DNA of 64,000 nt from Alphaproteobacteria bacterium (GTDB taxonomy: Bacteria > Pseudomonadota > Alphaproteobacteria > UBA828). Of this stretch, positions 41,178 through 51,340 are shown one piece after another; positions within the stretch are counted from its first letter, which is position 1; each line of letters opens with the position of its first letter. Where the stretch lies: NCBI GenBank assembly GCA_963422645.2, contig CAXXVO010000015.1, forward strand, positions 96,001 to 160,000, given 5' to 3'. The notes below the pieces were generated by a model. It was not told the origin of the DNA. It ran no database searches and saw only the letters and a list, made by a program, of their open reading frames with translations. The position numbers were made by a program, and so were the translations under genes.

Positions 41178-42319
41178 TCCGCCGCCTCCCTGCACGCAGC
41201 CGTCAACACCGCAAGTTTCGACAGCAGGCCGTCCTTGTCGGCGTAGCACCCCTGAAGCCACCGCCTGCCAGAGCCCGAGTAGGCCTTGCGCGCATGAAGC
41301 ACACGCGTGTTGTCCAGAAGGAAACACTCGCCCGGTTCGAGTCGGACCATGACCTGCATCGCCGGGTCGTCGACGATCTCGCTCAGGCGTCGATAGGCCC
41401 TGTACCAGGTATCCATCCGCTCGAAGGGAACATCCGTCACCGCGGCAAGGGAGCGGTTGTTGAAGCGAATGGCGGTCAGCTCGCCGTCCGGCGCCAGTTC
41501 GAGGATCGGGCGCCGCGCGCGCAGGTTCGTCGAGGGATCGCCGGCGTACTGGAAGCGCGCGCAATACCTGCTCAGCACCTCGAAATCGTCGGGTCGCTCC
41601 TGCCGGAGCCGCTCCGCCGCCCGGAATCCGTCGACCACGATGCTCTCCCCTCCTTCAGCGGAATTCTCCAGGCAATAGAGCACCTGCAGCGTCGGCACCG
41701 GGTCCCTGTATGGATTGTCGGTATGGGCCTGGAGCCCAAGACTGGAGAAAGCGAGGTTGGTCGGATTCACCTCGGTGCGGACCTCGAAGTGCCGGCCGTA
41801 GTTGGTCTCCCTCACGTACCCGAAGAGGTCGACAACATCGAAGAGCGCGCCCGGCCTCGTGCCTCCCCCGACGACCCTGCCGAACCCGAAGCGCACGACC
41901 GCCTCCAGCCATTCCCGCAACCGCCCGCTGTCAGCTTTCAGAGATCCCATGTCCGCTTCGGGAATCTCTGCCAGGGAAGGGCTGTCCCAGGTTTCGATGC
42001 CGGATGCGATCCAGCCCCGTTCGTTGCGGGCCGGGCGGTCGCAGGCGTTCCTCAGGAGCCACCCCAAGTCATACCCGATGGTCTTGTTCTCCGGTTGGAA
42101 CGACACGGTCAGGGTCGCGCCCTCGGCCTTGGCGGTCACGATGGCCGTCTCCTCCGGGATGTCGCCGACCGTGACCAGCCTTTGGCCGTTCTCCGGTGAG
42201 CGGGTCCGCTCGTCCCGGGCATTGTCCCGCAACCACACGGCGTGGAACCGAAGGGGCTCCGGGCCGAGACCGGCTATTTCGACGACCTGTCCATCCGGGC
42301 TGAGAGTGACGTCGGGCAT
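41174..42319 (-). CDS. Fe/2OG dioxygenase, gamma-butyrobetaine-hydroxylase-like (TmpA-like)
   Basis: FHAVWLRDN, HTDNPYRDP, DNTRVLHAR, RWLQGCY. Pairing with an HD oxygenase matches TmpAB (trimethylaminoethylphosphonate catabolism). Confidence 0.82.
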   Translation of the reverse strand: MPDVTLSPDGQVVEIAGLGPEPLRFHAVWLRDNARDERTRSPENGQRLVTVGDIPEETAIVTAKAEGATLTVSFQPENKTIGYDLGWLLRNACDRPARNERGWIASGIETWDSPSLAEIPEADMGSLKADSGRLREWLEAVVRFGFGRVVGGGTRPGALFDVVDLFGYVRETNYGRHFEVRTEVNPTNLAFSSLGLQAHTDNPYRDPVPTLQVLYCLENSAEGGESIVVDGFRAAERLRQERPDDFEVLSRYCARFQYAGDPSTNLRARRPILELAPDGELTAIRFNNRSLAAVTDVPFERMDTWYRAYRRLSEIVDDPAMQVMVRLEPGECFLLDNTRVLHARKAYSGSGRRWLQGCYADKDGLLSKLAVLTAACREAAE

Positions 42320-42419
42320 CGCGCAAGCTCCCCGAATCCCGGAGCGCATGGTAGCGGATCGAGACGGCAACCGGCCCGGAATTCAAGGCGGGTGCCCGTC
42401 CGGACCGCGGCACTCCGGC

Positions 42420-42568
42420 TCAGAGCGTTTCCGTTTCGCATGGAAACGCTCTGATTCTCTGTCGCTCACGGCAGCCGGCCTTCGGCCGGCGCCTGCGCGG
42501 GCGCGCCGCATTCGCGGCGGGCCGCGGTCGCGGCCTGTCGCGCGTCCGTCAAGGACGGACGCGCTCTA
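42420..42568 (-). repeat. structured ~150-bp intergenic repeat/MITE, copy A
   Basis: Termini TAGAGCG...CGCTCTGA, several hairpins; homologous to 44865-45010. Confidence 0.75.
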
Positions 42569-44209
42569 TAGCCCGGCGGCGCGCTCCCTGAGCACGTACT
42601 TCTGGACCTTGCCCGTGGAGGTCTTGGGCAGCGCGCCGAACACCACGGTCTTCGGGCACTTGTAGTGGGCGAGCTCGCCCCGGCAGAAATCGATCAGCGC
42701 CGCCTCGTCCGTGCTGGCGCCATCCTTCAACGTGACGAAGGCGCAGGGCGTCTCACCCCAGGTCTCGTCGGGCCGCGCCACCACGGCGGCCTCCAGCACA
42801 GCGGGATGGCGGTAGAGCGCGCCTTCGACCTCGATGGTGGAGATGTTCTCGCCGCCCGAGATGATGATGTCCTTGGCCCTGTCCCTGAGTTCGATATAGC
42901 CGTCGGCGTGGACAACGCCGAGATCGCCGGTGTGGAACCAGCCGCCGGCGAAGGCCTCCGCCGTCGCCTGCGGATTGTCCAGGTAACCCTTCATCACCGT
43001 ATTCCCGCGCATGAAGACCTCGCCCATGGTCTTGCCGTCCGCCGGCACCGGCTCGAGCGCCTTGGGGTCGGCCACCATGAGCCCGTCAAGGGTGGCGTAG
43101 GGCATGCCCTGGCGTGCCTTGAGCGCGGCCTGCTCGTCGAGCGGCAGCGCGTTCCACTCGTCGTGCCACGCGCACACGGTGGCCGGGCCGTAGACCTCGG
43201 TGAGCCCGTAGACGTGGGTGACGTGGAAGCCGGCTGCCTCTATCCGTGCGATAACGGCAGCGGGCGGCGGGGCGGCGGCGGTCATGATCTCGACGCGATG
43301 ATCGAAGGCGATGCGCTCATCCTCCCTCGCGTTGTTGAGCAGGTTGAGGACGATGGGCGCCCCGCAGAAGTGCGTGACCCTGTGCGCCGCGATCGCCTGA
43401 AAGATTGCCCCCGCCTCGACCCTGCGCAGGCACACGTGGGTGCCGCCGTAGGCGCTGATCGCCCAGGTGAAGCACCAGCCGTTGCAGTGGAACATGGGAA
43501 GCGTCCAAAGATAGACCGGGGCATGAGGCATGGCCCAGGTGACGCCGTCGCCGAGGCAATTCAGGTAGGCTCCCCGGTGGTGATAGACGACACCCTTGGG
43601 ATTGCCGGTGGTGCCGGAGGTGTAGTTGAGCGAAATCGCGTCCCACTCGTCCTCGGGCCAGGGCCAGTCATAGTCGGGATCGCCCTCTGCCAGCAGCGCC
43701 TCGTATTCGATCTCGCCGATCAGGTCGCCGCCTTCCTCGGGCGTGTCGTCGATATCGATGACCACTGGCGCCGCGGCTGCCCGGGAAAGGGCGTCCGCGA
43801 TCACCGGCGAGAACGAGCGGTCGGTGAGCAGCACCGTGACGTTGGCATGGTCCAGAATGAACGCGAGGGAGGCGGCATCGAGCCGATAATTCAGGGCGCT
43901 GAGCACGGCGCCGCACATGGGAACGCCGTGGTGCGCCTCCAACATCGCCGGCGTGTTGGGGGACATGATCGCAACCGTGTCTCCCTTGCCGACGCCGCGC
44001 TTGGCCAGCGCCGAGGCGAGGCGCCGGCTGCGCGCGTAGAACTCGGCGTAGCTCGCACGCCGGGTGCCGTGAATCCATGCCGTCCGCTCGGGGAACACTG
44101 CCGCGGCGCGGCGCAGGAAGGAGAGCGGGGTCAAGGGAACGTAGTTTGCATCGTTGCGCTCGAGCCCGGCCTCGTACGGGCTCTTGTCGGTGCGCTTCCC
44201 GCCCATCAT
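42566..44209 (-). CDS. acyl-CoA synthetase (AMP-forming)
   Basis: YTSGTTGNPKG, YGLTE, GWFHTGD, KDIIISGGENIS, PKTSTGK. Confidence 0.93.
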   Translation of the reverse strand: MMGGKRTDKSPYEAGLERNDANYVPLTPLSFLRRAAAVFPERTAWIHGTRRASYAEFYARSRRLASALAKRGVGKGDTVAIMSPNTPAMLEAHHGVPMCGAVLSALNYRLDAASLAFILDHANVTVLLTDRSFSPVIADALSRAAAAPVVIDIDDTPEEGGDLIGEIEYEALLAEGDPDYDWPWPEDEWDAISLNYTSGTTGNPKGVVYHHRGAYLNCLGDGVTWAMPHAPVYLWTLPMFHCNGWCFTWAISAYGGTHVCLRRVEAGAIFQAIAAHRVTHFCGAPIVLNLLNNAREDERIAFDHRVEIMTAAAPPPAAVIARIEAAGFHVTHVYGLTEVYGPATVCAWHDEWNALPLDEQAALKARQGMPYATLDGLMVADPKALEPVPADGKTMGEVFMRGNTVMKGYLDNPQATAEAFAGGWFHTGDLGVVHADGYIELRDRAKDIIISGGENISTIEVEGALYRHPAVLEAAVVARPDETWGETPCAFVTLKDGASTDEAALIDFCRGELAHYKCPKTVVFGALPKTSTGKVQKYVLRERAAGL

Positions 44210-44310
44210 GATCTCCCCATCGCCGAAACGGCGCGCGATTCTGGTCGCGCGCTACCGCGATTGCAAAGGGCGAATGCAACCGGACCGGCAACCGCGAGCG
44301 GGGAGGCGGG

Positions 44311-44829
44311 GTGCGGCGGCTCTACTTGATGCGCCACGGCAAGGCCCAGGCCGGCATGCCGGCCGGCGGCGGCGACCTCGAGCGCGCGCTCGTCGGCAGG
44401 GGCCGGAAAGAAAGCCAATGGATGGGCGCCTTCTGCCGCGATCAGGCCCAGCCGCCGACGCTGATCCTCTGCTCGCCCTCGCGGCGTACTGTGGAGACCT
44501 GCGACTCGTTCTGCGAAGGATTTGGCGAGAGCCTGCCGCGCCGTGTGGTCGACGGCATCTACATGGGCAGCCCGTCGGCTCTGCTCTACGCGGTGGCCGA
44601 GTCCGGCGGCAGTGAGGACGGCGTCCTTCTCATCGGCCACAATCCCGGCATTCACGCGCTGGCCCTCGCGCTCGGCGGACGCGGACACGGACCCGCCTAC
44701 GCGCAACTCTCTTCGAGATTTCCGACGGCGGCTCTCGCCGTATTCGAGACCGACATCGACGACTGGGCCGCGCTCAGAGCCGGGAGCGCGCGACTCGTCG
44801 CCTTCAAGATCGCAAAGGAAATGCGCTGA
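44311..44829 (+). CDS. SixA-like histidine phosphatase
   Basis: LMRHGKA, CSPSRRT, IGHNP, FPTA. Confidence 0.88.
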   Translation: MRRLYLMRHGKAQAGMPAGGGDLERALVGRGRKESQWMGAFCRDQAQPPTLILCSPSRRTVETCDSFCEGFGESLPRRVVDGIYMGSPSALLYAVAESGGSEDGVLLIGHNPGIHALALALGGRGHGPAYAQLSSRFPTAALAVFETDIDDWAALRAGSARLVAFKIAKEMR

Positions 44830-44864
44830 GCCTCCACCCCCTCGGCGCCAGGCCTGTTCCCGAG

Positions 44865-45010
44865 TCAGAGTGCGTCCGTATTTGACGGACGCACGACAGG
44901 CCGCGACCGCAGCCCGCCGCTAATGCGGCGCGCCCGCGCAGGCTCCGGGTCGCGCCGCAAGGCGCGCGGAATCCAATAAGAGCCGGCTGCCGTGAGCGAC
45001 AAATTTTCAG
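44865..45010 (+). repeat. structured ~150-bp intergenic repeat/MITE, copy B
   Basis: AGAGTGCGTCCGT...GACGGACGCACGACAGGCCGCGACCGC...GCCGGCTGCCGTGAGCGACA shared with the rc of copy A. Confidence 0.75.
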
Positions 45011-46048
45011 TTAGTGCACTCGCTGGGTGCAGAAATCGACCACGTCGAGCAGGGCGTCCTTCGCCTCGGACGCGGGGAAGAGGCCGAGCGCATCACGGGC
45101 CATGGCGCTGTAGTGGCGCGCTCGCTCCACCGAATCGGAAATCGCGTCATGGCGGGTGAGTAGGGCCATCGCGTGCGCGAAGTCGCCGTCTTCCTGCTGC
45201 TCTTCCTCCATGGTCCGCCGCCAGAAGGCGCGCTCCTCGTCGTCGCCCCGACGAAACGCCAGCACCACGGGCAGCGTGATCTTGCCGTCACGGAAGTCGT
45301 CGCCCACCGACTTGCCGAGCACCGCTTCGCGGGCGCCGTAGTCGAGGGCGTCGTCGACCAGCTGATAGGCGATGCCGAGGTTGAGCCCGAAGCTTCTGAG
45401 CACCTCCTCCTCGGCGGCGGAGCGCTCCGCCACCACCGCGCCGAGCTGACAGGCGGCCGCGAAGAGCGCCGCAGTCTTCGCGGTCACCACCTTGAGATAG
45501 GCGGCCTCGCTGGTCTCGGTGTCGTTGGAGGTGGTGAGCTGCATCACCTCGCCTTCGGCGAGCGTCGCGGCGGTATCAGCCAGAATGCCGAGCACGCGGA
45601 GCGAGCCGTCGGCGACTGAAATCTGGAACGCGCGGCTGAACAGGAAGTCGCCCACCAGCACGCTCGGCTTGTTGCCCCAGACCGCGTTGGCGGTCGCCGT
45701 GCCCCGCCTGAGCGCGCTGTCGTCGACGACATCGTCGTGAAGCAGCGTCGCCGTGTGTATGAACTCGACGCAGGCGGCGAGGTCGATGTGACGCTTGCCG
45801 GTGTAGCCGCAGAGCCTGGCGGAGCCGAGGGTCATCATCGGCCGGAGACGCTTTCCGCCCGCCGCAACGATATGCGCGGCGAGCTGCGAAATAAGCATCA
45901 CCGAGCTTTGCATGTTGTCCAGAATGACGCCATTGACGGCGCGCAAGTCGTCTGCGACCAGACCGTGAAGTGGGTCCAGCGAGGCCCCGGAGGCCGCCTT
46001 GCGCCGTGCAGCAGCCCGCCCTTCGAGCGGAACGACCGTATTCGACAT
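45011..46048 (-). CDS. ispB: polyprenyl diphosphate synthase
   Basis: GGKRLRP, LLHDDVVD, QLVDDALD, GDDFRDGK. Confidence 0.9.
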   Translation of the reverse strand: MSNTVVPLEGRAAARRKAASGASLDPLHGLVADDLRAVNGVILDNMQSSVMLISQLAAHIVAAGGKRLRPMMTLGSARLCGYTGKRHIDLAACVEFIHTATLLHDDVVDDSALRRGTATANAVWGNKPSVLVGDFLFSRAFQISVADGSLRVLGILADTAATLAEGEVMQLTTSNDTETSEAAYLKVVTAKTAALFAAACQLGAVVAERSAAEEEVLRSFGLNLGIAYQLVDDALDYGAREAVLGKSVGDDFRDGKITLPVVLAFRRGDDEERAFWRRTMEEEQQEDGDFAHAMALLTRHDAISDSVERARHYSAMARDALGLFPASEAKDALLDVVDFCTQRVH

Positions 46049-46153
46049 AGACCCTCTCGCTTGACGGCGCGCTCGCGCAAGGGCATCCATGCGCAACTGC
46101 GTTGCCCTTAACCTAACAGCTAGCGCGCGGTTGGACACGGGAGTCAGGACAGA

Positions 46154-46366
46154 ATGATCGAGCTCCTGCGCACGAACGACCTGGTGCAGCTCTCGTTCCT
46201 CGACGCCGTGCTGAGAGACGCCGGAATCGAGCCCATCGTGCTCGATCAGCACATGAGTGTGCTGGAGGGGAGCGCCGGCGCGATCCCGAGACGCCTCATG
46301 GTCGCCGACGAGGACGCCGATACGGCACGACGCATCTTGAAAGAGGTCGACGCCCTCGATGACTGA
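46154..46366 (+). CDS. DUF2007-like small protein
   Basis: MIELLRTND...DQHMSVLEGS.GAIPRRLMV; conserved ispB-divergent context. Confidence 0.8.
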   Translation: MIELLRTNDLVQLSFLDAVLRDAGIEPIVLDQHMSVLEGSAGAIPRRLMVADEDADTARRILKEVDALDD

Positions 46367-47150
46367 GACCGAGTCCGCGCGGGTCACCAGCGATACGCTG
46401 CTCGGTGGCCGGGTCGCGCTGCAGCAGCCGGCGGCGGGCTACCGAGTCGCGATCGATCCGGTCCTGCTCGCGGCCGCAGTGCCGGCCTCGGACGGTGAGC
46501 GCGCGCTCGATGTCGGCTGCGGCGTCGGCGCCGGAGCCCTCTGTCTCGCGAGCCGTGTGACTGACCTGCACGTCACGGGGCTCGAGGTGGACCGCGCCTT
46601 CGCGCAGCTCGCCAAGGATAACGCCGCGCTCAACGGGCTGGAGGAACGGCTCGACGTCTGGGTCGGTGATTTCGAGCGGCCGCCGCCCAAGTTATCCCCG
46701 AAAGGCTTCGACCACGTGTTCGCGAATCCGCCCTTTTTCGAGCAGGGCGCGAATCAGCCGCCAGCCTTCCGCGGCCGCGCGCAGGCGACGGTGGAAGGCG
46801 CGGCCGGGCTCGACACCTGGCTCGAGTTTTGTGCTCGGATGGTCCGCCCGGGGGGCACCATCACGATTATCCATCGGCCGGAGCGACTGGCCCAGATTCT
46901 GGGCGGACTTTCTCCGGCGCGGCCCGGCGCCATCGTCGTCTATCCGCTGTGGTCGCATAATCCCTTCAGCGGCGCGCGCACCAGGAAGACCGCGAATCGC
47001 ATCATCGTGCAGGCGACGGCCGAGCACGGCGGACCTTTGCAGATCGCGGCCGGCATGATCCTGCACGATGACGACGGCAGCTTCTCCCACGCAGCAGATC
47101 GTGTCTTGCGCGGGGGCGCCGCACTGACCCTGCTGGAGGAAGAGTCCTGA
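46359..47150 (+). CDS. tRNA1(Val) A37 N6-methyltransferase-like protein
   Basis: GYRVAIDPVLL, LDVGCGVG, ANPPF. Confidence 0.85.
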   Translation: MTETESARVTSDTLLGGRVALQQPAAGYRVAIDPVLLAAAVPASDGERALDVGCGVGAGALCLASRVTDLHVTGLEVDRAFAQLAKDNAALNGLEERLDVWVGDFERPPPKLSPKGFDHVFANPPFFEQGANQPPAFRGRAQATVEGAAGLDTWLEFCARMVRPGGTITIIHRPERLAQILGGLSPARPGAIVVYPLWSHNPFSGARTRKTANRIIVQATAEHGGPLQIAAGMILHDDDGSFSHAADRVLRGGAALTLLEEES

Positions 47151-48004
47151 TGAGGCGGCTGCTGATGCGCCTGACGTTTCGGCGCCCGCCGCCAGTCGTC
47201 TCGGTCGTGCGGCTATCGGGCGTGATCGGACGGGCCGGCATGTTCGGCGGCCGCATCAACATGGAGGCCGTCGCCCCCGTGCTGCAGCGGGCCTTCCGCC
47301 AGCCGGGGCTGAAGGCCGTGGCGCTCGAGATCAATTCGCCGGGAGGCTCCGCGGCGCAGTCGGCGCTGATCCACAACCGGATTCGCGCCCTTGCGATGGA
47401 ACGCGACGTGCCGGTGATGGCCTTCGTGGAGGATGTCGCAGCATCGGGCGGATACTGGCTGGCTGCGGCGGCCGACGAGATCTTCGTGGACGACAACTCC
47501 ATTCTCGGCAGCATCGGCGTCATTTTCTCGGGCTTCGGATTCCATGAAGCCATCGAGAAGCTCGGCGTCGAGCGGCGGCTCTACACCGCCGGCGAGAAGA
47601 AGTCGCTGCTCGACCCCTTCCTGGCCGTGCAGCCGGACGATCTCGATCGCCTGCGCCGGGTGCAGGGGGACATTCACGACAACTTCAAGGAGCTGGTCCG
47701 CGCGCGGCGCGGCGCGCGCCTCGCCGAGAGCAATCCCGACCTCTTCAGCGGAGAGTTCTGGCTGGGCCGCAAGGCGATCGGGTTGGGGCTCGCCGACGGC
47801 ATCGGCGATATCCGAAGCGTGCTGCGCGAGCGCTACGGCCGGAAGGTGGTCATCCGCAAGATCGGCCGCCCGCGCGGGTGGCTGGCGCGGCGCCTGCGGC
47901 CGGGCCTCCTTCTCGGAGGCGACGGCGAGGAGGCCGGCTCGCTCGCCGGCGAGCTGATCGGCGCCATCGAAGCCCGTCTCTGGTGGTCCCGCTACGGGCT
48001 CTGA
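47150..48004 (+). CDS. S49 family peptidase (SppA-like)
   Basis: INSPGGS, AASGGYW, GSIGV. Confidence 0.92.
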   Translation: MRRLLMRLTFRRPPPVVSVVRLSGVIGRAGMFGGRINMEAVAPVLQRAFRQPGLKAVALEINSPGGSAAQSALIHNRIRALAMERDVPVMAFVEDVAASGGYWLAAAADEIFVDDNSILGSIGVIFSGFGFHEAIEKLGVERRLYTAGEKKSLLDPFLAVQPDDLDRLRRVQGDIHDNFKELVRARRGARLAESNPDLFSGEFWLGRKAIGLGLADGIGDIRSVLRERYGRKVVIRKIGRPRGWLARRLRPGLLLGGDGEEAGSLAGELIGAIEARLWWSRYGL

Positions 48005-48044
48005 GCAGCCTGAAACGCCGCGTTCCGGACCTGCGCGCGGCCCC

Positions 48045-48755
48045 TTAGAAGCGCTCCAGCCAGAGATCCAGAAAGCGATCGAGCCAGCGGTGCACCGCCG
48101 GGTCGTAGCGCAGGGAGTCGGAGCGCTGACGATCGGCGGACGGAACCTCGGGCCGCAGGAAATATTTCTGGGCCTTCGAGTTGTTGAGCCAGCGCTCATG
48201 GGTCACCGGCGTCATCTCCGGGTGAAACTGGACTCCGAACGCCCGCTCACCGTGACTGAACGCCTGATTCTCGAAGATGCCCCCCCGCGCCAGCAGCTCC
48301 GCTCCCGGCGGCAGGTCGAAGCCCTCCCGGTGCCAGTGATAGACGTGGAAGGGTGACGGGAAGAGCGCGCAATCCGGCTTCGCAGGCCGAAGCGGCTGAT
48401 AGCCGACCTCGCAGAGACCGTCCGGATGGGGATAGACGCGTCCGCCGAGGGCGCGGGCCATGATCTGGGCGCCGAGACAGATGCCGAGCAGGGGCGCATC
48501 GGCCGCAAGCTGTGCGGCGATCCAATCGGTCTCTTCCCGAAGGAAGGGAAGGTCGTCGACATCGCTCGCGCTCATCGGCCCGCCGAACACAACGGCCGCA
48601 TCGTAGCCGTGCAATCGAGCGCCGTTCATGGGCGGCAAGGCCGCACCACCGGCCGCGAAGCAGACTTCGGTCTCGCAGCCCCGCGCATGCAGCGCCTCGC
48701 GCACCTTGCCGGGATTGGCACGCTCTGAATGTGTGACCAGGACGATGCGCGTCAC
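48045..48755 (-). CDS. class I glutamine amidotransferase-like protein
   Basis: GGPMS, GICLGAQ, QFHPE. Confidence 0.88.
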   Translation of the reverse strand: MTRIVLVTHSERANPGKVREALHARGCETEVCFAAGGAALPPMNGARLHGYDAAVVFGGPMSASDVDDLPFLREETDWIAAQLAADAPLLGICLGAQIMARALGGRVYPHPDGLCEVGYQPLRPAKPDCALFPSPFHVYHWHREGFDLPPGAELLARGGIFENQAFSHGERAFGVQFHPEMTPVTHERWLNNSKAQKYFLRPEVPSADRQRSDSLRYDPAVHRWLDRFLDLWLERF

Positions 48756-48909
48756 GGTGCTCGTGTTCTCCTTCGCCAACGGTCGATGAGGTTGCCCCTT
48801 CGCAGCGGCTGTTTGCCCTATCGCGGCGCGGTCGGCAAGCGTGCGGGCGTTGGCGGGTGTGTTGGCGGGTGTGGTCCCGTGCCCTGCGCCGTGACACCAT
48901 GGCCCAGCC

Positions 48910-49904
48910 ATGAGCGAGAGCACCGTCCCCGTCGTCGACATCGCGCCCTTTCTGGGCGGCGGCGATGGGCAGAAGGCGGCGGTGGCGCAGGCGGTCGACC
49001 GGGCCTGCCGCCGCATCGGCTTCCTGATCGTTGCCGGCCACGGCGTCCCATCCGCCGTCATCGACGATGCCCTCGCGGCGACCTGGGCCTTCTTCGACCT
49101 GGGCGACGCCGAGAAGCGCCAATGGATGTCGCCCAAGGGCGATTTTCGCCGGGGCTACCTGCCCGTGGGCGGCAATGCGCTGGCCTACACGCTAGACCGA
49201 GAGTCGCCGCCGGACCTGATCGAGGCCTTCACCTTCGGGCGCTTCGATCTGCCGCAGACCCCCTACTTCGCCGCGCACCGCGAGACCTGGTTCGAGCCCA
49301 ACATCTGGCCCACCCGGCCGCCCGGCTTTCGGGAACGCCTCTGCACCTACTACCGCGCGATGGAGCGCTTGGCCGAGACCTTGATGCGCATCTTCGCGCT
49401 GGCGCTCGACATGCCCGAGCACTTCTTCACCGACAAGATCGACCGCCACATCACCGCCATGCGCCTCAACCACTATGCCGAGGCGAGCCGCCCTCCCCTG
49501 CCGGGCCAGCTGCGCGCGGGCGCGCATAGCGACTACGGCAGCCTCACGATCCTCCTTGCGACCGATGCCGCCGGCGGCCTGCAAGTGCGCGGCGGTGACG
49601 GAACCTGGTGCGATGTCGCCCCCGTGCCCGGTACCTTCATCGTCAATCTCGGCGACCTCATGGCACAGTGGACCAACGACCGCTGGGTCTCGACGCTGCA
49701 CCGCGTGGTCAACCCGCCGGCGGCTCGCCGCGCGGGCAGCCGGCGCGCTTCCATCGCCTTCTTCCACCAGCCGAACCACGACGCCCTGATCGAGTGTCTG
49801 CCCACCTGCCGGCACCCCGACGATCCGCCCCGCTACGCGCCGACGACCTCCGGCGCGCACCTGCTGCCAAGACCGCGAAGGAGACCGGGGCGACCGCACG
49901 CTGA
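48910..49904 (+). CDS. isopenicillin N synthase-family Fe/2OG oxygenase (probable 1-nt loss near 49866)
   Basis: VPVVDI, HSDYG, HRV, RAS motifs. The natural tail LAKTAKETGATAR* lies in another frame; the ORF track extends the gene to 49992. Confidence 0.82.
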
Positions 49905-49988
49905 GCACCCGATGCCGCGTCCGCGCCGTGCACGCGGCGAACAAGGTGAGAATTTGCGAGACTACGTGAGACTCAATGAGATTCGGGG

Positions 49989-50243
49989 CTAGATCAAGGA
50001 GGGTGCGAAGGCCAGGAACGCCGCCATTGTCAGCGCCAACAGTATCCAGAGAGCCCATCCCATGACCGATGCCGCGGCGCGTACCCCGTCGGCAGCGCCT
50101 GCCGTGGGTCGTTGCCTGCGACGGGTCGGCGCGTGGACCGCTAGCTCGTTCCCGGAGCGTTGCGCGGGCGCGAGCTCGGCGGAATCGGATCGCGTTGCAT
50201 CGGTGGGATCGGGGGATTGTGCGCCGGAGGTGTGAACGGCCAT
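49989..50243 (-). CDS. hypothetical small membrane protein
   Basis: C-terminal TM helix; GAGGA upstream of the ATG. Confidence 0.45.
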   Translation of the reverse strand: MAVHTSGAQSPDPTDATRSDSAELAPAQRSGNELAVHAPTRRRQRPTAGAADGVRAAASVMGWALWILLALTMAAFLAFAPSLI

Positions 50244-50547
50244 GATCCGAAGTCCTCGCGTTTCGCTTCGAGAACACCTCGAAGGGCATCTCCTGAGGAC
50301 TCACGTAATCGGCATAGCCATTACGACAAATATCGAATGTTCATCGATTCCATAAGAAACTCATATGAAGCGCCGAACACCAGGTGAAGCCGATCGCCCG
50401 GTCGCGGGCAGCGACGCAACGGATCGCTCCTCACGACTGGTAAAGTCGGGAGCGGCACACCAGATCGGTGTATAGGAGCGGCATGAAGACGATGCGAAGG
50501 CTTGGGTTGCGTCGGCGCCAGTCTAGGATGGGCCGGATGGACCGGGC

Positions 50548-51171
50548 ATGAGCTCCGGGCGCGGGCCCTGGAGCCGCCTCCGCACGGAGGCCGGATGGCA
50601 CCGGCAGGGGCCATCGCCCCAATTCCCACGACCGCCGCGTCCGCCGGCGACCGGCAAGCTCCTCCGCAGGCTTCGCCACGCCGCCGTCTGGTTCGCGCTC
50701 ACCGGCATTCTGGCGATCGGCTACAGCTATCGCTTCGAGCTCACGGACCTCGTGAACCGGCTGGGCGGGGAGATCGTCCCCTACGCGGCGGTGACCACCG
50801 AGGACGGCGCCGTGCGCGTCCGCGCCCATCGCGACGGCCACTTCTACATCGACTCCCGAGTCAACGGCGCCGACGTCAGATTCCTGATCGATACCGGCGC
50901 GACCATCGTGGCCCTCAGCCCGGAAGACGCCGAGCGCATCGGCTTCGACCCGGCGCAGCTGAGCTTCTCCCAGCGGCTGCACACCGCCGGCGGCATCGTG
51001 CGCGCCGCGCCGGTCGTGATCCGCTCGCTCGAGCTCGGCGACATCCGCCTGAGCAATGTGCGGGCCGTGGTCAACAGCGAGCGCCTGCCCCACTCGCTGC
51101 TCGGCATCAGCGCGCTGGAGCGCTTGAGCGGCTACGAGGTCCGCGACGGCACGCTGACACTGAGGCCTTAA
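50548..51171 (+). CDS. clan AA (retropepsin-like) aspartic protease
   Basis: DGHFY, FLIDTGAT, TAGG, SLLG. Confidence 0.88.
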   Translation: MSSGRGPWSRLRTEAGWHRQGPSPQFPRPPRPPATGKLLRRLRHAAVWFALTGILAIGYSYRFELTDLVNRLGGEIVPYAAVTTEDGAVRVRAHRDGHFYIDSRVNGADVRFLIDTGATIVALSPEDAERIGFDPAQLSFSQRLHTAGGIVRAAPVVIRSLELGDIRLSNVRAVVNSERLPHSLLGISALERLSGYEVRDGTLTLRP

Positions 51172-51340
51172 CCCCCCTACTCCCCCCAGACCTCGGCGAG
51201 GAAGCGCAGCCAGTTCTCGCCCATGACCTTGCGGATGCGGCCCTCGGTCCAGCCGGCACGCTCCATGGCTTGGGTGAGGTTGGGGAGCTGCCCGATGGTC
51301 TCCACGCCCTTCGGGTTGGACATCGGGGTGAACTTTACGA

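Noticed and set aside
46359-47150. NPPF methyltransferase as another DNA MTase
   Set aside because: Sequence and the ispB-DUF2007-S49 context fit the housekeeping tRNA A37 methyltransferase family.
49860-49992. Arg/Pro-rich C-terminal extension of the IPNS-family oxygenase
   Set aside because: Likely a single-base loss near 49866; the natural tail ends at 49904 and this may be a sequencing error.
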